A stretch of 64,000 nucleotides of DNA from assembly GCA_000993615.1 (NCBI GenBank), contig LBWM01000001.1:23970-87969 (forward strand), in the 5' to 3' direction. The notes below the pieces were generated by a model. It was not told the DNA's origin. It ran no database searches and worked only from the letters and a program-made list of their open reading frames with translations. Shown here piece after piece: positions 53,145 through 63,072 of the stretch. The position numbers and the translations under genes are program-made. Every line of letters begins with the position of its first letter. Positions within the stretch are counted from its first letter, which is position 1. Source of the stretch: Candidatus Peregrinibacteria bacterium GW2011_GWF2_39_17. Lineage in GTDB: Bacteria > Patescibacteriota > Gracilibacteria > UBA1369 > UBA12473.

Positions 53145-54089
53145 ATGAAATATGTTGTTACTGGTGGAGCAGGCTTCATAGGGTCTCATATTGTTGGGGC
53201 TTTGGTCAAGCATGGGCAGGAAGTGGTGGTTATAGATGATTTTTCCACTGGGAAACAGGAAAACCTAAATGATTTGGAATCCAAAATTAAAATAGTTGAG
53301 GGAAGTATTGAGAACTTAGATTTACTTCAATCCCTTTTTAAAGGGGTTGATTTTGTATTACATCAGGCTGCTCTTCCTTCGGTGCCGCGATCCATTAAAA
53401 ACCCACTAAGAAGTAATAATGTAAATATTACCGGCACGCTTAATGTGCTTTTAGCGGCGCGGGACAATGGCGTAAAAAGGCTTGTTTATGCCAGTTCTTC
53501 CTCTGTTTATGGCAACCAGGAAGATCATCAATATAAGGTTGAAGATATGAACCCTTGTCCTTTATCTCCCTATGCTTTAACTAAATTTGCTGCTGAAAAA
53601 TATTGTCAGTTTTTTTACGAATTTTATGGTTTGGAAACAGTTATTTTACGCTATTTTAATGTGTTTGGCCCCAGGCAGGATCCAAATTCCGAATATTCCG
53701 CCGTAATTCCCAAATTTATTAATGCAGCGCTGCAAGGAGAAGAAGTAACAGTCTTTGGTGATGGCTCCCAATCCCGTGATTTTACTTATGTAGAGAATAA
53801 TGTGCAGGCTAATTTATTGGCTTGTAAGGCTCCAGGGGAAAAAGTAGCCGGCAAGGTATTTAATGTGGCTTGTGGGGCAACAGCAAGCCTTAATGAGCTA
53901 ATTAGGGTGATTGAGAAAATTTCTGGTTTTTCTCTGAAGCGGCAATTTTTCCCTCCGCGCGTCGGCGATGTAAAATTTTCTTTAGCTGATATTAGGCGCG
54001 CTCAGGAAAATTTAGGATATGAAGTGGGAATAAATTTCGAAGAAGGGTTAAAAAGGACAGTGGCATGGTACAAAGAGTTGCTTCGGTAG
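53145..54089 (+). CDS. NAD-dependent sugar-nucleotide epimerase (extended SDR; UDP-glucuronate/glucose 4-epimerase-like)
   Basis: VTGGAGFIGSH. Catalytic YALTKFAAE (YxxxK). ATG at 53145; the ORF track starts at the GTG at 53139. Confidence 0.85.
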   Translation: MKYVVTGGAGFIGSHIVGALVKHGQEVVVIDDFSTGKQENLNDLESKIKIVEGSIENLDLLQSLFKGVDFVLHQAALPSVPRSIKNPLRSNNVNITGTLNVLLAARDNGVKRLVYASSSSVYGNQEDHQYKVEDMNPCPLSPYALTKFAAEKYCQFFYEFYGLETVILRYFNVFGPRQDPNSEYSAVIPKFINAALQGEEVTVFGDGSQSRDFTYVENNVQANLLACKAPGEKVAGKVFNVACGATASLNELIRVIEKISGFSLKRQFFPPRVGDVKFSLADIRRAQENLGYEVGINFEEGLKRTVAWYKELLR

Positions 54090-54162
54090 GCGTTTGGGGC
54101 TTTCACCTTTTATTCATTTTTTTGAAAGGTTTTATTCATGGGCAATGTGCTAAAAGAGAAGC

Positions 54163-55701
54163 ATGCCCTCACTTATTTATTCCTGCGCACTTTCGGGTAT
54201 CGAGGCGTATGGAGTTGAAATCGAAGTTGATATTTTAAATGGCCTGCCACATTTTGCCGTGGTCGGTTTGGGTGACACCGCCATCCACGAGGCTAAAGAG
54301 CGGGTAAGATCGGCTTTGGTTAATAGTAAGGCTTCGTTTCCAAAGCGTCGTAAAATTGTTAATTTGGCGCCAGCCAACACGCGGAAATGTGGGCCGGCTT
54401 TTGATCTACCGATTGCAGTCGGATTATTGGCTGCCTCAGATCAAATTCCCTCATCTTCCACTGATAAAGCTCTATTTGTAGGTGAATTGGCTCTGAATGG
54501 CACGCTTCGCCCGGTAAAGGGTATTCTCTCTTTTGCTTTTTTTGCCAAAGAAAATGGTTTTAATTTTCTTTATGTTCCGGCTGAAAATGTAAAAGAAGCT
54601 TTACTGGTATCTGATCTTAAAATTTTTGGAGTCAAAGACTTAAGCCAGTTAATTGCTCATCTTAAGGGTAAATCATTAATTGAGCCTCAAAATTCGCGTA
54701 AAAATTTCCCCTCTGTTGTTCAGGGGGCGAGCGATTCTTTTGATGAATTGGATTTAGATTGCATTAGAGGATGCGATCAAGCTATTCGCGCCATGGCCAT
54801 TGCCGCTAGCGGTCATCATCATCTGTTAATGTCCGGACCACCTGGTTCTGGAAAAACTTTATTGGCTCATTATTTGCCATCATTATTGCCCTATTTGGTA
54901 GAACAGGAATGTATTGAATTAACCAAAATTTATTCTACGGCTGGCTTGTTGCCTGCTAAAAATCCCATTATTCAAATACGCCCTTTTCGAGCTATTCACC
55001 ATACCGCCTCTGCTGTTTCAGTTGTTGGAGGAGGATCAATTGTGCGGCCTGGCGAAATTTCCTTGGCTCATCGGGGCGTGCTTTTTTTAGATGAAATTCC
55101 GGAATTCCCTAGGGCTATTTTAGAAAGTTTAAGGCAACCACTAGAAGATAAGACTGTCACCGTGGCCAGAGCTTCTGGGACGATTACTTTTCCGGCTAAT
55201 TTTATGTTGATCGCAGCTATGAATCCGTGTCCGTGCGGTTACGCAGGAGATGAAAAACACGAATGCCATTGTTCCGCGAAAGAACAAATTCATTATCGCC
55301 AAAAATTATCCGGCCCATTACTTGATCGGATTGATTTGTTTGTTTCCATGAAGAGAATTATTTTTGATGATTTATACAATAATAGTGAGTCAGGAAGTTT
55401 ATCGAAAATTAAAGAGCAAATTAAAAAGGCCAGGCTAGCGCAGCAAAAGCGCTTCAATTCCAGGGTTTTACTTAATAGTGACATGACACCGCGCCTAGTG
55501 AGGGAATTTTGCTTTTTGAGTTCGGATGGCAAGGAAATATTAAGACAAGCTATGGAAAGGTATCGCTTGTCAGCTCGGGGTTGCCACCGGGTGCTTAAGG
55601 TGGCGCGAACTTTAGCTGACATGGAAGAAGCGAGTTTTATTCAGGATCAGCATTTACTGGAAGCTTTGCAGTACCGCAATAACCTTCCAGACAATCGTTA
55701 A
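54163..55701 (+). CDS. comM: YifB/ComM-family Mg-chelatase-like AAA+ ATPase
   Basis: N-terminal Lon-protease-like domain. Walker A MSGPPGSGKTLLA. GVLFLDEIPEF. Cys cluster NPCPCGYAGDEKHECHC. Confidence 0.9.
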   Translation: MPSLIYSCALSGIEAYGVEIEVDILNGLPHFAVVGLGDTAIHEAKERVRSALVNSKASFPKRRKIVNLAPANTRKCGPAFDLPIAVGLLAASDQIPSSSTDKALFVGELALNGTLRPVKGILSFAFFAKENGFNFLYVPAENVKEALLVSDLKIFGVKDLSQLIAHLKGKSLIEPQNSRKNFPSVVQGASDSFDELDLDCIRGCDQAIRAMAIAASGHHHLLMSGPPGSGKTLLAHYLPSLLPYLVEQECIELTKIYSTAGLLPAKNPIIQIRPFRAIHHTASAVSVVGGGSIVRPGEISLAHRGVLFLDEIPEFPRAILESLRQPLEDKTVTVARASGTITFPANFMLIAAMNPCPCGYAGDEKHECHCSAKEQIHYRQKLSGPLLDRIDLFVSMKRIIFDDLYNNSESGSLSKIKEQIKKARLAQQKRFNSRVLLNSDMTPRLVREFCFLSSDGKEILRQAMERYRLSARGCHRVLKVARTLADMEEASFIQDQHLLEALQYRNNLPDNR

Positions 55702-55735
55702 CTGGTTGTGGTTGTTTATTTACGTCTAAGTTAAG

Positions 55736-55764
55736 TTGGTGTTTTTAGAACAATCCTTTATAAT
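55736..55764 (+). promoter_or_regulatory. Candidate promoter of carB (very short leader)
   Basis: TTGGTG (55736-55741), a 17-nt spacer, then TATAAT (55759-55764). The ATG at 55777 lies only 12 nt after the -10. Confidence 0.4.
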
Positions 55765-55776
55765 CTCGGATGAAAT

Positions 55777-58700
55777 ATGCAAAAGCCACATCATCTTAAA
55801 CCCAAAAAAGTTCTCATCCTCGGTTCAGGAGCACTGAAAATCGGGGAAGCTGGAGAATTTGATTACTCCGGATCGCAAGCAATTAAGGCGATGCAGGAGG
55901 AAAAAATAAAAACCGTGCTCATTAATCCCAATATCGCTACTAATCAAACTTCTAAGGGGCTCGCGGATACGATTTATTTCCTTCCGGTCGACCCCTTTTT
56001 TGTTGAAAAAGTAATTGTTAAAGAAAAACCGGATGCTCTGCTTTTATCTTTCGGTGGGCAAACAGCTTTAAATTGTGGCTTGGAGTTGGAGCGCTTGGGG
56101 ATTTTCAAGAAAAATAACGTTAAAGTTTTGGGAACGCCGGTTAAAACTATCGAAAATACCGAAGATCGTGAATTATTTAATAAGGAACTGCAAAAAATTA
56201 AGGTGAATGTACCCAAAAGCATCCCTTGTATCAGTGTGGTAGACGGACTTAAGGCAGCTAAAATTATTGGCTATCCGGTAATTGTGCGAGCGGCTTTTGC
56301 TTTGGGTGGAAAGGGATCCGGCGTAGCCAAAAACGAAAATGCTTTGCGGGAAATCTTAGAAAATGCTTTTGCCTTTAGTCCGCAGGTTTTAGTTGAAGAA
56401 AATCTTACTGGTTGGAAAGAAGTGGAATACGAAGTAGTACGCGACGCTTATGATAACTGTATTACAGTTTGCAACATGGAAAATATTGACCCGATGGGGA
56501 TTCACACCGGCGAAAGTATTGTAGTGGCACCTTCTCAAACTTTAAATAATCATGAGTATCACAAGCTGCGCGAAATCGCGATTAAAACGATTCGTCATCT
56601 GGGGATTGTGGGGGAATGCAATATTCAATATGCGCTCGATCCGCATTCGGCTGATTACCGGGTAATTGAAGTTAATGCTCGTTTATCGCGATCTTCAGCT
56701 TTGGCTTCTAAGGCTACTGGCTATCCTTTAGCCCATGTAGCCGCTAAGTTGGCTCTTGGTTATTCTTTACCGGAGTTGAAAAATTCTGTTACTGGTACCA
56801 CTACAGCCTGTTTTGAGCCGGCACTTGATTATTTGGCTTTGAAAATTCCGCGTTGGGATCTTGATAAATTCCGCAAAGTCTCAGTGGAAATTACCACAGA
56901 AATGAAGTCAGTAGGCGAAATTATGGCTTTAGGTCGTAGCTTTGAAGAGGTGATGCAGAAAGGTTTACGCATGTTGCAAATCGGGCTGCATGGACTGGTT
57001 GCCAATGAAAATTTGGAAAAATTGGGACAGGGGGATTTAAAAAAATCTATTCAAGTACCGACTCCGCGGCGCATGTTGGCCGTGGCCGAGGCTATCAAGC
57101 AGGGATGGAGCACGGAAAAAATCAGCGAACTTTCCGGAATTGACCAGTGGTTTTTAGATAAATTAAAAAATATTGTTAAAGTGTCCGAAAAGATTAAGAA
57201 AACATCTAAATTAACCGGAAGTTTAATGCTGGAAGCTAAGAAAAACGGTTTTTCGGATCATCAAATCGGCACACTCCAGAAAAAATCAGAGCAGCAAATT
57301 AGAGTTTTGCGAAAAAAATTAGGTGTTTTCCCTGTGGTTAAGCAAATCGATACGTTGGCCGCTGAATATCCCGCAAAAACCAATTATCTCTATTTAACTT
57401 ACCACGGCGAAATTGATGATATTTCCTTTAAATCCAAAAAAAAGAAGGCCATAGTTTTGGGGTCAGGCGCTTATTGTATTGGTTCTTCGGTAGAATTCGA
57501 TTGGTGTGGAGTTAATGCCATTCGCACTTTTGCCAAAGAAGGTTATGAAACAATTATGGTTAATTATAATCCAGAAACGGTTTCTACTGATTATGATATT
57601 TGCGATAAATTGTATTTTGATGAGCTCTCTCTGGAGAGGGTTTTAGATATTTGCGAAAAGGAATATCCAAAAGGAGTTATGGTTTCTATGGGCGGCCAAA
57701 TTCCCAATAATTTAGCCATGAAGTTATATCGAGCCAAAGTGCCTATTTTTGGAACTTCACCTAAGGATATTCATCGTGCGGAAAATCGGAATACTTTTTC
57801 CCAAATGCTGGATGATTTAAAAATTGATCAGCCGAAGTGGCAAGAATTTGCTAATGTTAAAGATGCTTACAAGTTTGCCGACGCAGTGGGGTATCCGGTT
57901 TTGGTTAGGCCTTCGTATGTTTTATCTGGAGCAGCGATGCGTGTTGCCCAAAATAAGGAAAGCTTGGAGCTTTATTTGGCTAAAGCCGCTCGGATTTCAG
58001 TCGAAGCGCCAGTTGTAATTAGTAAATTTGAAAAAGGAGCCAAGGAAATTGAAATGGATGGGGTGGCTTATAAAGGAGAATTAATTATTTGGGCCATTTC
58101 CGAGCACGTAGAAAATGCCGGAGTACATTCTGGTGACGCCACGATTGTTTTGCCGCCGCAAAAACTTTATTTGGAAACAATTAAGCGGATTAGGCAGATG
58201 AGTAAATCAATCGCCAAATCGCTTAATATTAGTGGGCCTTTTAATATTCAATTTTTGGCTAGAAATAACGCTATTAAGGTTATTGAATGCAATTTGCGAG
58301 CCAGTCGCAGCTTCCCGTTTTCTTCTAAGGTTACTGGGCATAATTTTATTGAGATTGCGACTGAAGCTATGACTGGCAAAGTTAAACCTAAAGATTATCG
58401 CAACCGACACTATCGGACTTTAGATTTAGATCACGTGGGGGTAAAAGCTCCCCAATTTTCTTTTTCGCGTTTAAAAGGGGCAGACCCGGTTTTGGGGGTA
58501 GAAATGGCTTCTACTGGAGAAGTGGCTTGCTTTGGGAAGGATCTTCCGGAGGCCTTTTTGAAGGCCATGATTTCCGTTGGATTTCATCTGCCCAAAAAGA
58601 ACATCTTGGTTAGTATTGGGACAATTCAGGATAAAGCCGATATGTTATCTTCAATTCGCTGGTTTGCTGAAAATGGGTTTAAAATTTACGCCACTGAAGG

Positions 58701-59004
58701 GACAAGTGTATTTTTAAGGGATCATGGGGTTCGTAATAGCCTGGTTTTAAAAATCGGTTCGCAAAATAAAAAAGGCGACAATATTTTAGATATAATTAAT
58801 GGAGGGAAAGTTGATTTTGTGATTAATATTCCTAAAAACTACAGTCACGAGGAAGTGACTAGTGGCTACCAGATGAGGCGTCGTACCGTAGATATGAATA
58901 TTCCTCTAATTACCAATGTGCAAGTGGTAAAGTTAATTGTAGAAACCATGCGGTTGGGTGGTTTGGAGCGGTTGGAGATCGAGCCCTGGGGAAGCTATTT
59001 TTAG
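55777..59004 (+). CDS. carB: Carbamoyl-phosphate synthase large subunit
   Basis: 1075 aa. Two ATP-grasp halves (KVLILGSGALKIGEAGEFDYSG and KAIVLGSGAYCIGSSVEFDW), an oligomerisation domain and a C-terminal MGS-like domain. Confidence 0.95.
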   Translation: MQKPHHLKPKKVLILGSGALKIGEAGEFDYSGSQAIKAMQEEKIKTVLINPNIATNQTSKGLADTIYFLPVDPFFVEKVIVKEKPDALLLSFGGQTALNCGLELERLGIFKKNNVKVLGTPVKTIENTEDRELFNKELQKIKVNVPKSIPCISVVDGLKAAKIIGYPVIVRAAFALGGKGSGVAKNENALREILENAFAFSPQVLVEENLTGWKEVEYEVVRDAYDNCITVCNMENIDPMGIHTGESIVVAPSQTLNNHEYHKLREIAIKTIRHLGIVGECNIQYALDPHSADYRVIEVNARLSRSSALASKATGYPLAHVAAKLALGYSLPELKNSVTGTTTACFEPALDYLALKIPRWDLDKFRKVSVEITTEMKSVGEIMALGRSFEEVMQKGLRMLQIGLHGLVANENLEKLGQGDLKKSIQVPTPRRMLAVAEAIKQGWSTEKISELSGIDQWFLDKLKNIVKVSEKIKKTSKLTGSLMLEAKKNGFSDHQIGTLQKKSEQQIRVLRKKLGVFPVVKQIDTLAAEYPAKTNYLYLTYHGEIDDISFKSKKKKAIVLGSGAYCIGSSVEFDWCGVNAIRTFAKEGYETIMVNYNPETVSTDYDICDKLYFDELSLERVLDICEKEYPKGVMVSMGGQIPNNLAMKLYRAKVPIFGTSPKDIHRAENRNTFSQMLDDLKIDQPKWQEFANVKDAYKFADAVGYPVLVRPSYVLSGAAMRVAQNKESLELYLAKAARISVEAPVVISKFEKGAKEIEMDGVAYKGELIIWAISEHVENAGVHSGDATIVLPPQKLYLETIKRIRQMSKSIAKSLNISGPFNIQFLARNNAIKVIECNLRASRSFPFSSKVTGHNFIEIATEAMTGKVKPKDYRNRHYRTLDLDHVGVKAPQFSFSRLKGADPVLGVEMASTGEVACFGKDLPEAFLKAMISVGFHLPKKNILVSIGTIQDKADMLSSIRWFAENGFKIYATEGTSVFLRDHGVRNSLVLKIGSQNKKGDNILDIINGGKVDFVINIPKNYSHEEVTSGYQMRRRTVDMNIPLITNVQVVKLIVETMRLGGLERLEIEPWGSYF

Positions 59005-60065
59005 ATTCCAATACTTAGTAATTCTCCGTAATTTCTTAGATCATCAGTAATTCGAAACCAAAGGGGTTTGCTTAATTCAATAGCAGTGTCCTGTCCGACA
59101 TTCCACAATTTATATTTTTTGGAGCCTTCTTCTACGTACAAAAAAGAGGCTCCTTGTTTCTTCCTCCTGAAACCTAGAGACGTACCTCGGTGAATGACGG
59201 TGGGGATTTCCTGGTTTTCAATTCTACCTGGGGCTAAACGACCAATGAGAGTTATTAAAGTATCTCTAAAAGGGATAATATTAGCACCTCTAACAAATAA
59301 TAGGTCGTCAACAAAGGTATTTTCCAGCAGAAAATTCAAGTAATTGTAATCTTCAATAGCTAGTTTTGCTATTGCGATTAATTCTTGGTTACTAAAATCA
59401 TTTTTTCCAAGTTGATAAATAAGCCTTGCCCCTTTCGGGGCTATTCTAGAATGTGTCCAAATTATTTCTGGATCAAATTGTGTATTCGGGAATTCGTTAT
59501 TTTTGTAAGAACTACATTTTGTGCGATTTTCATAGCCATGTCCGAAAAGTTGCCTTAGTACAACTTCTATATATTTTGCATCTGCATCACGAAGAGATGC
59601 CGCTATTTCCATCCCAGCCCTTGAGATTTTGGTAAACTCTAAAAGAACCTTGCACAACAACGGGCTTATCAAATTTGGTGAACCCAAGAAATTTGGATAT
59701 ATCGCTAGGGGAGATTGACAAGCTGGAACTGTGGGGTCTTCTGTGTTATCTGGTTGCGGGGAAATTAATTGAATATACAAATTAAGATATCCTAAAAGTC
59801 TTTTGAGTGCATCGCGTTCACGTTGTTCCCCGGATAGATTTTCTTCACACCATCGTGTGGGTTTTTGATTTTTCTGAAAAAAAGGAAGAGGAGGTAAAAT
59901 TTCGCAATCTACGACTGTAGCCACTTCTAATGCAGGGGACAAAGTATTATTTTTTAAAATTAAGAGATTAAATATAATTAATAAGTCCTTAAAAGTCAAA
60001 AATTTAGATTGATAGAGGGCTCTGATAAGGCAAAGATCGGGTGTGTCAGCACCCCCTAGCCTCAA
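59001..60065 (-). CDS. hypothetical protein (354 aa, TTG start as annotated)
   Basis: Long ORF antisense to its neighbours. Its stop (TAA, complement of 59001-59003) interlocks with the carB stop (TAG, 59002-59004). No ATG near the 5' end. No motif recognised. Confidence 0.5.
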   Translation of the reverse strand: MRLGGADTPDLCLIRALYQSKFLTFKDLLIIFNLLILKNNTLSPALEVATVVDCEILPPLPFFQKNQKPTRWCEENLSGEQRERDALKRLLGYLNLYIQLISPQPDNTEDPTVPACQSPLAIYPNFLGSPNLISPLLCKVLLEFTKISRAGMEIAASLRDADAKYIEVVLRQLFGHGYENRTKCSSYKNNEFPNTQFDPEIIWTHSRIAPKGARLIYQLGKNDFSNQELIAIAKLAIEDYNYLNFLLENTFVDDLLFVRGANIIPFRDTLITLIGRLAPGRIENQEIPTVIHRGTSLGFRRKKQGASFLYVEEGSKKYKLWNVGQDTAIELSKPLWFRITDDLRNYGELLSIGI

Positions 60066-60117
60066 GCTGCTTTTTCTACTACAATCAGAATGCTTAATTT
60101 ATTTTAATTTTTGTAAT

Positions 60118-61023
60118 ATGCCCACTCCTAAAAAACATACTGAAAACAACAAAGAAGCTCCTTTTAAACTTAAATCCGGTTTGGCGCAAATGCTTAAAGG
60201 CGGAGTGATTATGGATGTTATTAATGCGGAGCAAGCGAAAATAGCAGAGACAGCCGGAGCTTGCGCGGTTATGGCTTTGGAACGAGTACCGGCTGATATT
60301 CGTAAACAAGGCGGAGTGGCTCGAATGTCCGACCCTAAAATGATTCAAGAAATCATGAAGACTGTTTCCATTCCGGTTATGGCTAAGGTAAGGATCGGGC
60401 ATTTTGTGGAAGCCCAAATTTTAGAATCTTTGGGTATTGATTATATTGATGAAAGTGAAGTTTTGACTCCTGCTGACGAGCAATTTCATGTTAATAAAAA
60501 TTTGTTTCAGGTTCCTTTTGTGTGTGGAGCTACTAACTTAGGTGAAGCTTTGCGGCGTCTTAATGAAGGAGCTGCCATGATTAGAACTAAAGGTGAAGCT
60601 GGCACCGGTAATGTGGTTGAAGCCGTGCGTCATTGGAGAAAAATCAAATCGGAAATTGAAACGGTGCTGGGGGCTAATGATACTCAGCTTAAAAAAATAG
60701 CTAAAGAAATGCGTGTCCCATTTGAATTAGTTAAAACCCTGGTTAAGCTTAAGCGTTTGCCGGTGGTTAATTTTGCCGCCGGTGGCATCGCTACACCTGC
60801 GGATGCGGCCATGATGATGCAACTCGGATGTGATGGCGTTTTTGTGGGATCAGGGATTTTTAAATCCTCAGATCCTGCCAAAAGGGCTAAGGCGATTGTT
60901 GAAGCTACAACTCATTTTAATGATCCAAAGGTTTTGGCTCGTGTTTCATCTGACCTTGGTGAGCCAATGGAGAGTCAAGAAATTGAGAAACTGGGGACTA
61001 AATATGCAGAAAGAGGATGGTAA
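60118..61023 (+). CDS. pdxS: Pyridoxal 5'-phosphate synthase lyase subunit PdxS
   Basis: [39 protein letters not shown] at 60118; the ORF track extends upstream to 60043. Confidence 0.93.
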   Translation: MPTPKKHTENNKEAPFKLKSGLAQMLKGGVIMDVINAEQAKIAETAGACAVMALERVPADIRKQGGVARMSDPKMIQEIMKTVSIPVMAKVRIGHFVEAQILESLGIDYIDESEVLTPADEQFHVNKNLFQVPFVCGATNLGEALRRLNEGAAMIRTKGEAGTGNVVEAVRHWRKIKSEIETVLGANDTQLKKIAKEMRVPFELVKTLVKLKRLPVVNFAAGGIATPADAAMMMQLGCDGVFVGSGIFKSSDPAKRAKAIVEATTHFNDPKVLARVSSDLGEPMESQEIEKLGTKYAERGW

Positions 61024-61118
61024 ATTTAATCCCCACTCAATGGGGGGGGCACTTAAAAGGCTTATCGATATCTAATAAAGATATCTGTAAATTACACATT
61101 TTTTTTATTTTTTCTAAA

Positions 61119-61721
61119 ATGTCAATAAAGAGAGCCATTATTGGAGTGCTCGCTCTACAAGGAGGAGTTATTGAACACCAAAGCGCCCTGGAAAAGTGCG
61201 GCGTACAGGTTGTTTTAGTCAAAACCAAGGATGATTTAAAAAAAGTACAAGCCTTAATTATCCCCGGTGGCGAAAGCACCACAATTGGTAAATTAATTCG
61301 CTGGTATGGATTAGAAGAGGATTTAAAAAGAAGAATTAAGGAAGGTATGCCCGTTTATGGAACATGTGCCGGCGCTATTTTGTTGGCTAAAAATGTTATT
61401 GGTAGAGAAAAAGCACCCCATCTTGCATTGATGGATGTGACAATTGAGCGTAACTCTTACGGGAGGCAACTTGATAGTTTTGAATCCCAGATCGAATTTG
61501 GAGAGATGCCCGCAAAACATAAAATTCCCGCTGTTTTTATTCGCGCGCCCAAAATTAGAAGTGTAGGGAATAAGGTTATAGTTTTGGCGCAGATGGGTAA
61601 GGAAATTATTGCGGCTCGTGAAAATAATAAATTAGTAACCACTTTTCATCCGGAATTAACTGATAAGTTAATTGTGCATCGTTATTTTTTGGATATGATT
61701 CCTAAGTCATTACGGGCCTAA
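61119..61721 (+). CDS. pdxT: Pyridoxal 5'-phosphate synthase glutaminase subunit PdxT
   Basis: IGVLALQGGVIEH, IIPGGESTT, catalytic GTCAGAILLA, FHPELT. ATG at 61119; the ORF track extends to 61017. Confidence 0.92.
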   Translation: MSIKRAIIGVLALQGGVIEHQSALEKCGVQVVLVKTKDDLKKVQALIIPGGESTTIGKLIRWYGLEEDLKRRIKEGMPVYGTCAGAILLAKNVIGREKAPHLALMDVTIERNSYGRQLDSFESQIEFGEMPAKHKIPAVFIRAPKIRSVGNKVIVLAQMGKEIIAARENNKLVTTFHPELTDKLIVHRYFLDMIPKSLRA

Positions 61722-61750
61722 TTTTGAACTCTAAAAATAATTATCTAACC

Positions 61751-62332
61751 ATGCTTAAAAATTCAACTAATCAGCAAAATTCAGCTAAAATTGAATATCA
61801 TATTTCGCAGATGTTGACTTTAATAGGAGAAAACAACAAGAGAGAAGGGCTTCTTGAAACCCCAGCTCGCGTGGCCAAGTCTTATCAAAAGCTTTTTTCC
61901 GGCTATCAGCAGGATCTAAAAAGTTTGGTAACAGTATTTAAAAATGAGGGTTATGACGAAATGGTTATTTCAAAAAATATCGAATTTTATTCCACTTGCG
62001 AGCATCACATGTTGCCGTTTTTAGGAAAAGTACATATCGGTTATATCCCAGGAAATAAAATTATTGGGCTTTCGAAATTGCCTCGTATTGTTGAAATTTT
62101 TTCGCGACGCCTGCAAAATCAGGAAAGAATGACCAGTCAAATTGCGGATGCTTTGATGGATCTTTTAAGTCCAAAGGGTGTTGGAGTAGTGGTTGAAGCT
62201 CAGCATCTTTGTATGATGGCGCGCGGAGTTGAAAAACAAAATGCCGTTGTTTTAACTTCTGCTGTTCGGGACCTATTTAAAAATAATCTTAATACCCGTT
62301 CCGAATTTTTACGGCTAATTGGGAAAAGTTGA
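61751..62332 (+). CDS. folE: GTP cyclohydrolase I
   Basis: EGLLETPARVAKSY, STCEHHMLPF, RLQNQERMT. ATG at 61751; the ORF track starts at the TTG at 61724. Confidence 0.9.
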   Translation: MLKNSTNQQNSAKIEYHISQMLTLIGENNKREGLLETPARVAKSYQKLFSGYQQDLKSLVTVFKNEGYDEMVISKNIEFYSTCEHHMLPFLGKVHIGYIPGNKIIGLSKLPRIVEIFSRRLQNQERMTSQIADALMDLLSPKGVGVVVEAQHLCMMARGVEKQNAVVLTSAVRDLFKNNLNTRSEFLRLIGKS

Positions 62333-62361
62333 ACCTAAACATGTTTTTCTAATTAAATTTT

Positions 62362-62979
62362 ATGCTTAATTCTATTCCTAAATCAGTTCAGGATCTTATC
62401 CAGGCTTTTGCTAAACTACCCGGAATTGGGCCAAAAACCGCCTCACGTTTAGCTATGTATCTTATCCAGGCGCCAGAAAATATTGGTAATGATTTGGCTC
62501 AATCAATTTTATCTCTAAAATCAGCTACGACTTTGTGTAAAGAATGTTGGCATTTGGCCACGGAAAGTCCTTGTGCGATTTGCAGTAATCTTTATCGGGA
62601 GGAAGGGATTATTTGTGTGGTGGAGGAGCCGGCGGACTTAATTGCTCTTGAAAAAACCGGAACCTATAAAGGGCTTTATCATGTTTTGCATGGCGTGCTT
62701 TCACCTATTGATGGGATTGGTCCAGATGATTTAAAAATTAAGGAACTAATTGAACGTCTTAAAATTTCGTTAGCCAGTGAAAAACCTGTTTGGGAAATTA
62801 TTTTGGCGACCAACCCTACAATGGAGGGGGAATCCACGGCCAATTATTTATCGAAATTAATTCATCCTTTGGGGATAAAAGTCACTCGTTTGGCAAGGGG
62901 TTTGCCATCCGGAGGGGATATCGAATACGCTGATGATTTAACCTTAACTAGGGCATTGGAGGGAAGGCAGAATTTTTAG
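62362..62979 (+). CDS. recR: Recombination protein RecR
   Basis: LPGIGPKTASRLA helix-hairpin-helix. C4 zinc finger CKECWH...CAICS. Toprim domain VVEEPADLIALE. Confidence 0.92.
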   Translation: MLNSIPKSVQDLIQAFAKLPGIGPKTASRLAMYLIQAPENIGNDLAQSILSLKSATTLCKECWHLATESPCAICSNLYREEGIICVVEEPADLIALEKTGTYKGLYHVLHGVLSPIDGIGPDDLKIKELIERLKISLASEKPVWEIILATNPTMEGESTANYLSKLIHPLGIKVTRLARGLPSGGDIEYADDLTLTRALEGRQNF

Positions 62980-63019
62980 GTATTATCTTGGAAAGGATAG
63001 GGGGAAATTATGGGCAATA

Positions 63020-63048
63020 TTGACAAATATTATTTTTTAGTTTAAATA
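63020..63048 (+). promoter_or_regulatory. Candidate promoter of the kinase-like gene
   Basis: TTGACA (63020-63025), a 17-nt spacer, then TAAATA (63043-63048). GAAGGG SD-like sequence before the ATG at 63073. Confidence 0.35.
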
Positions 63049-63072
63049 TAATCTCTTTAAAGAAGGGATTAT

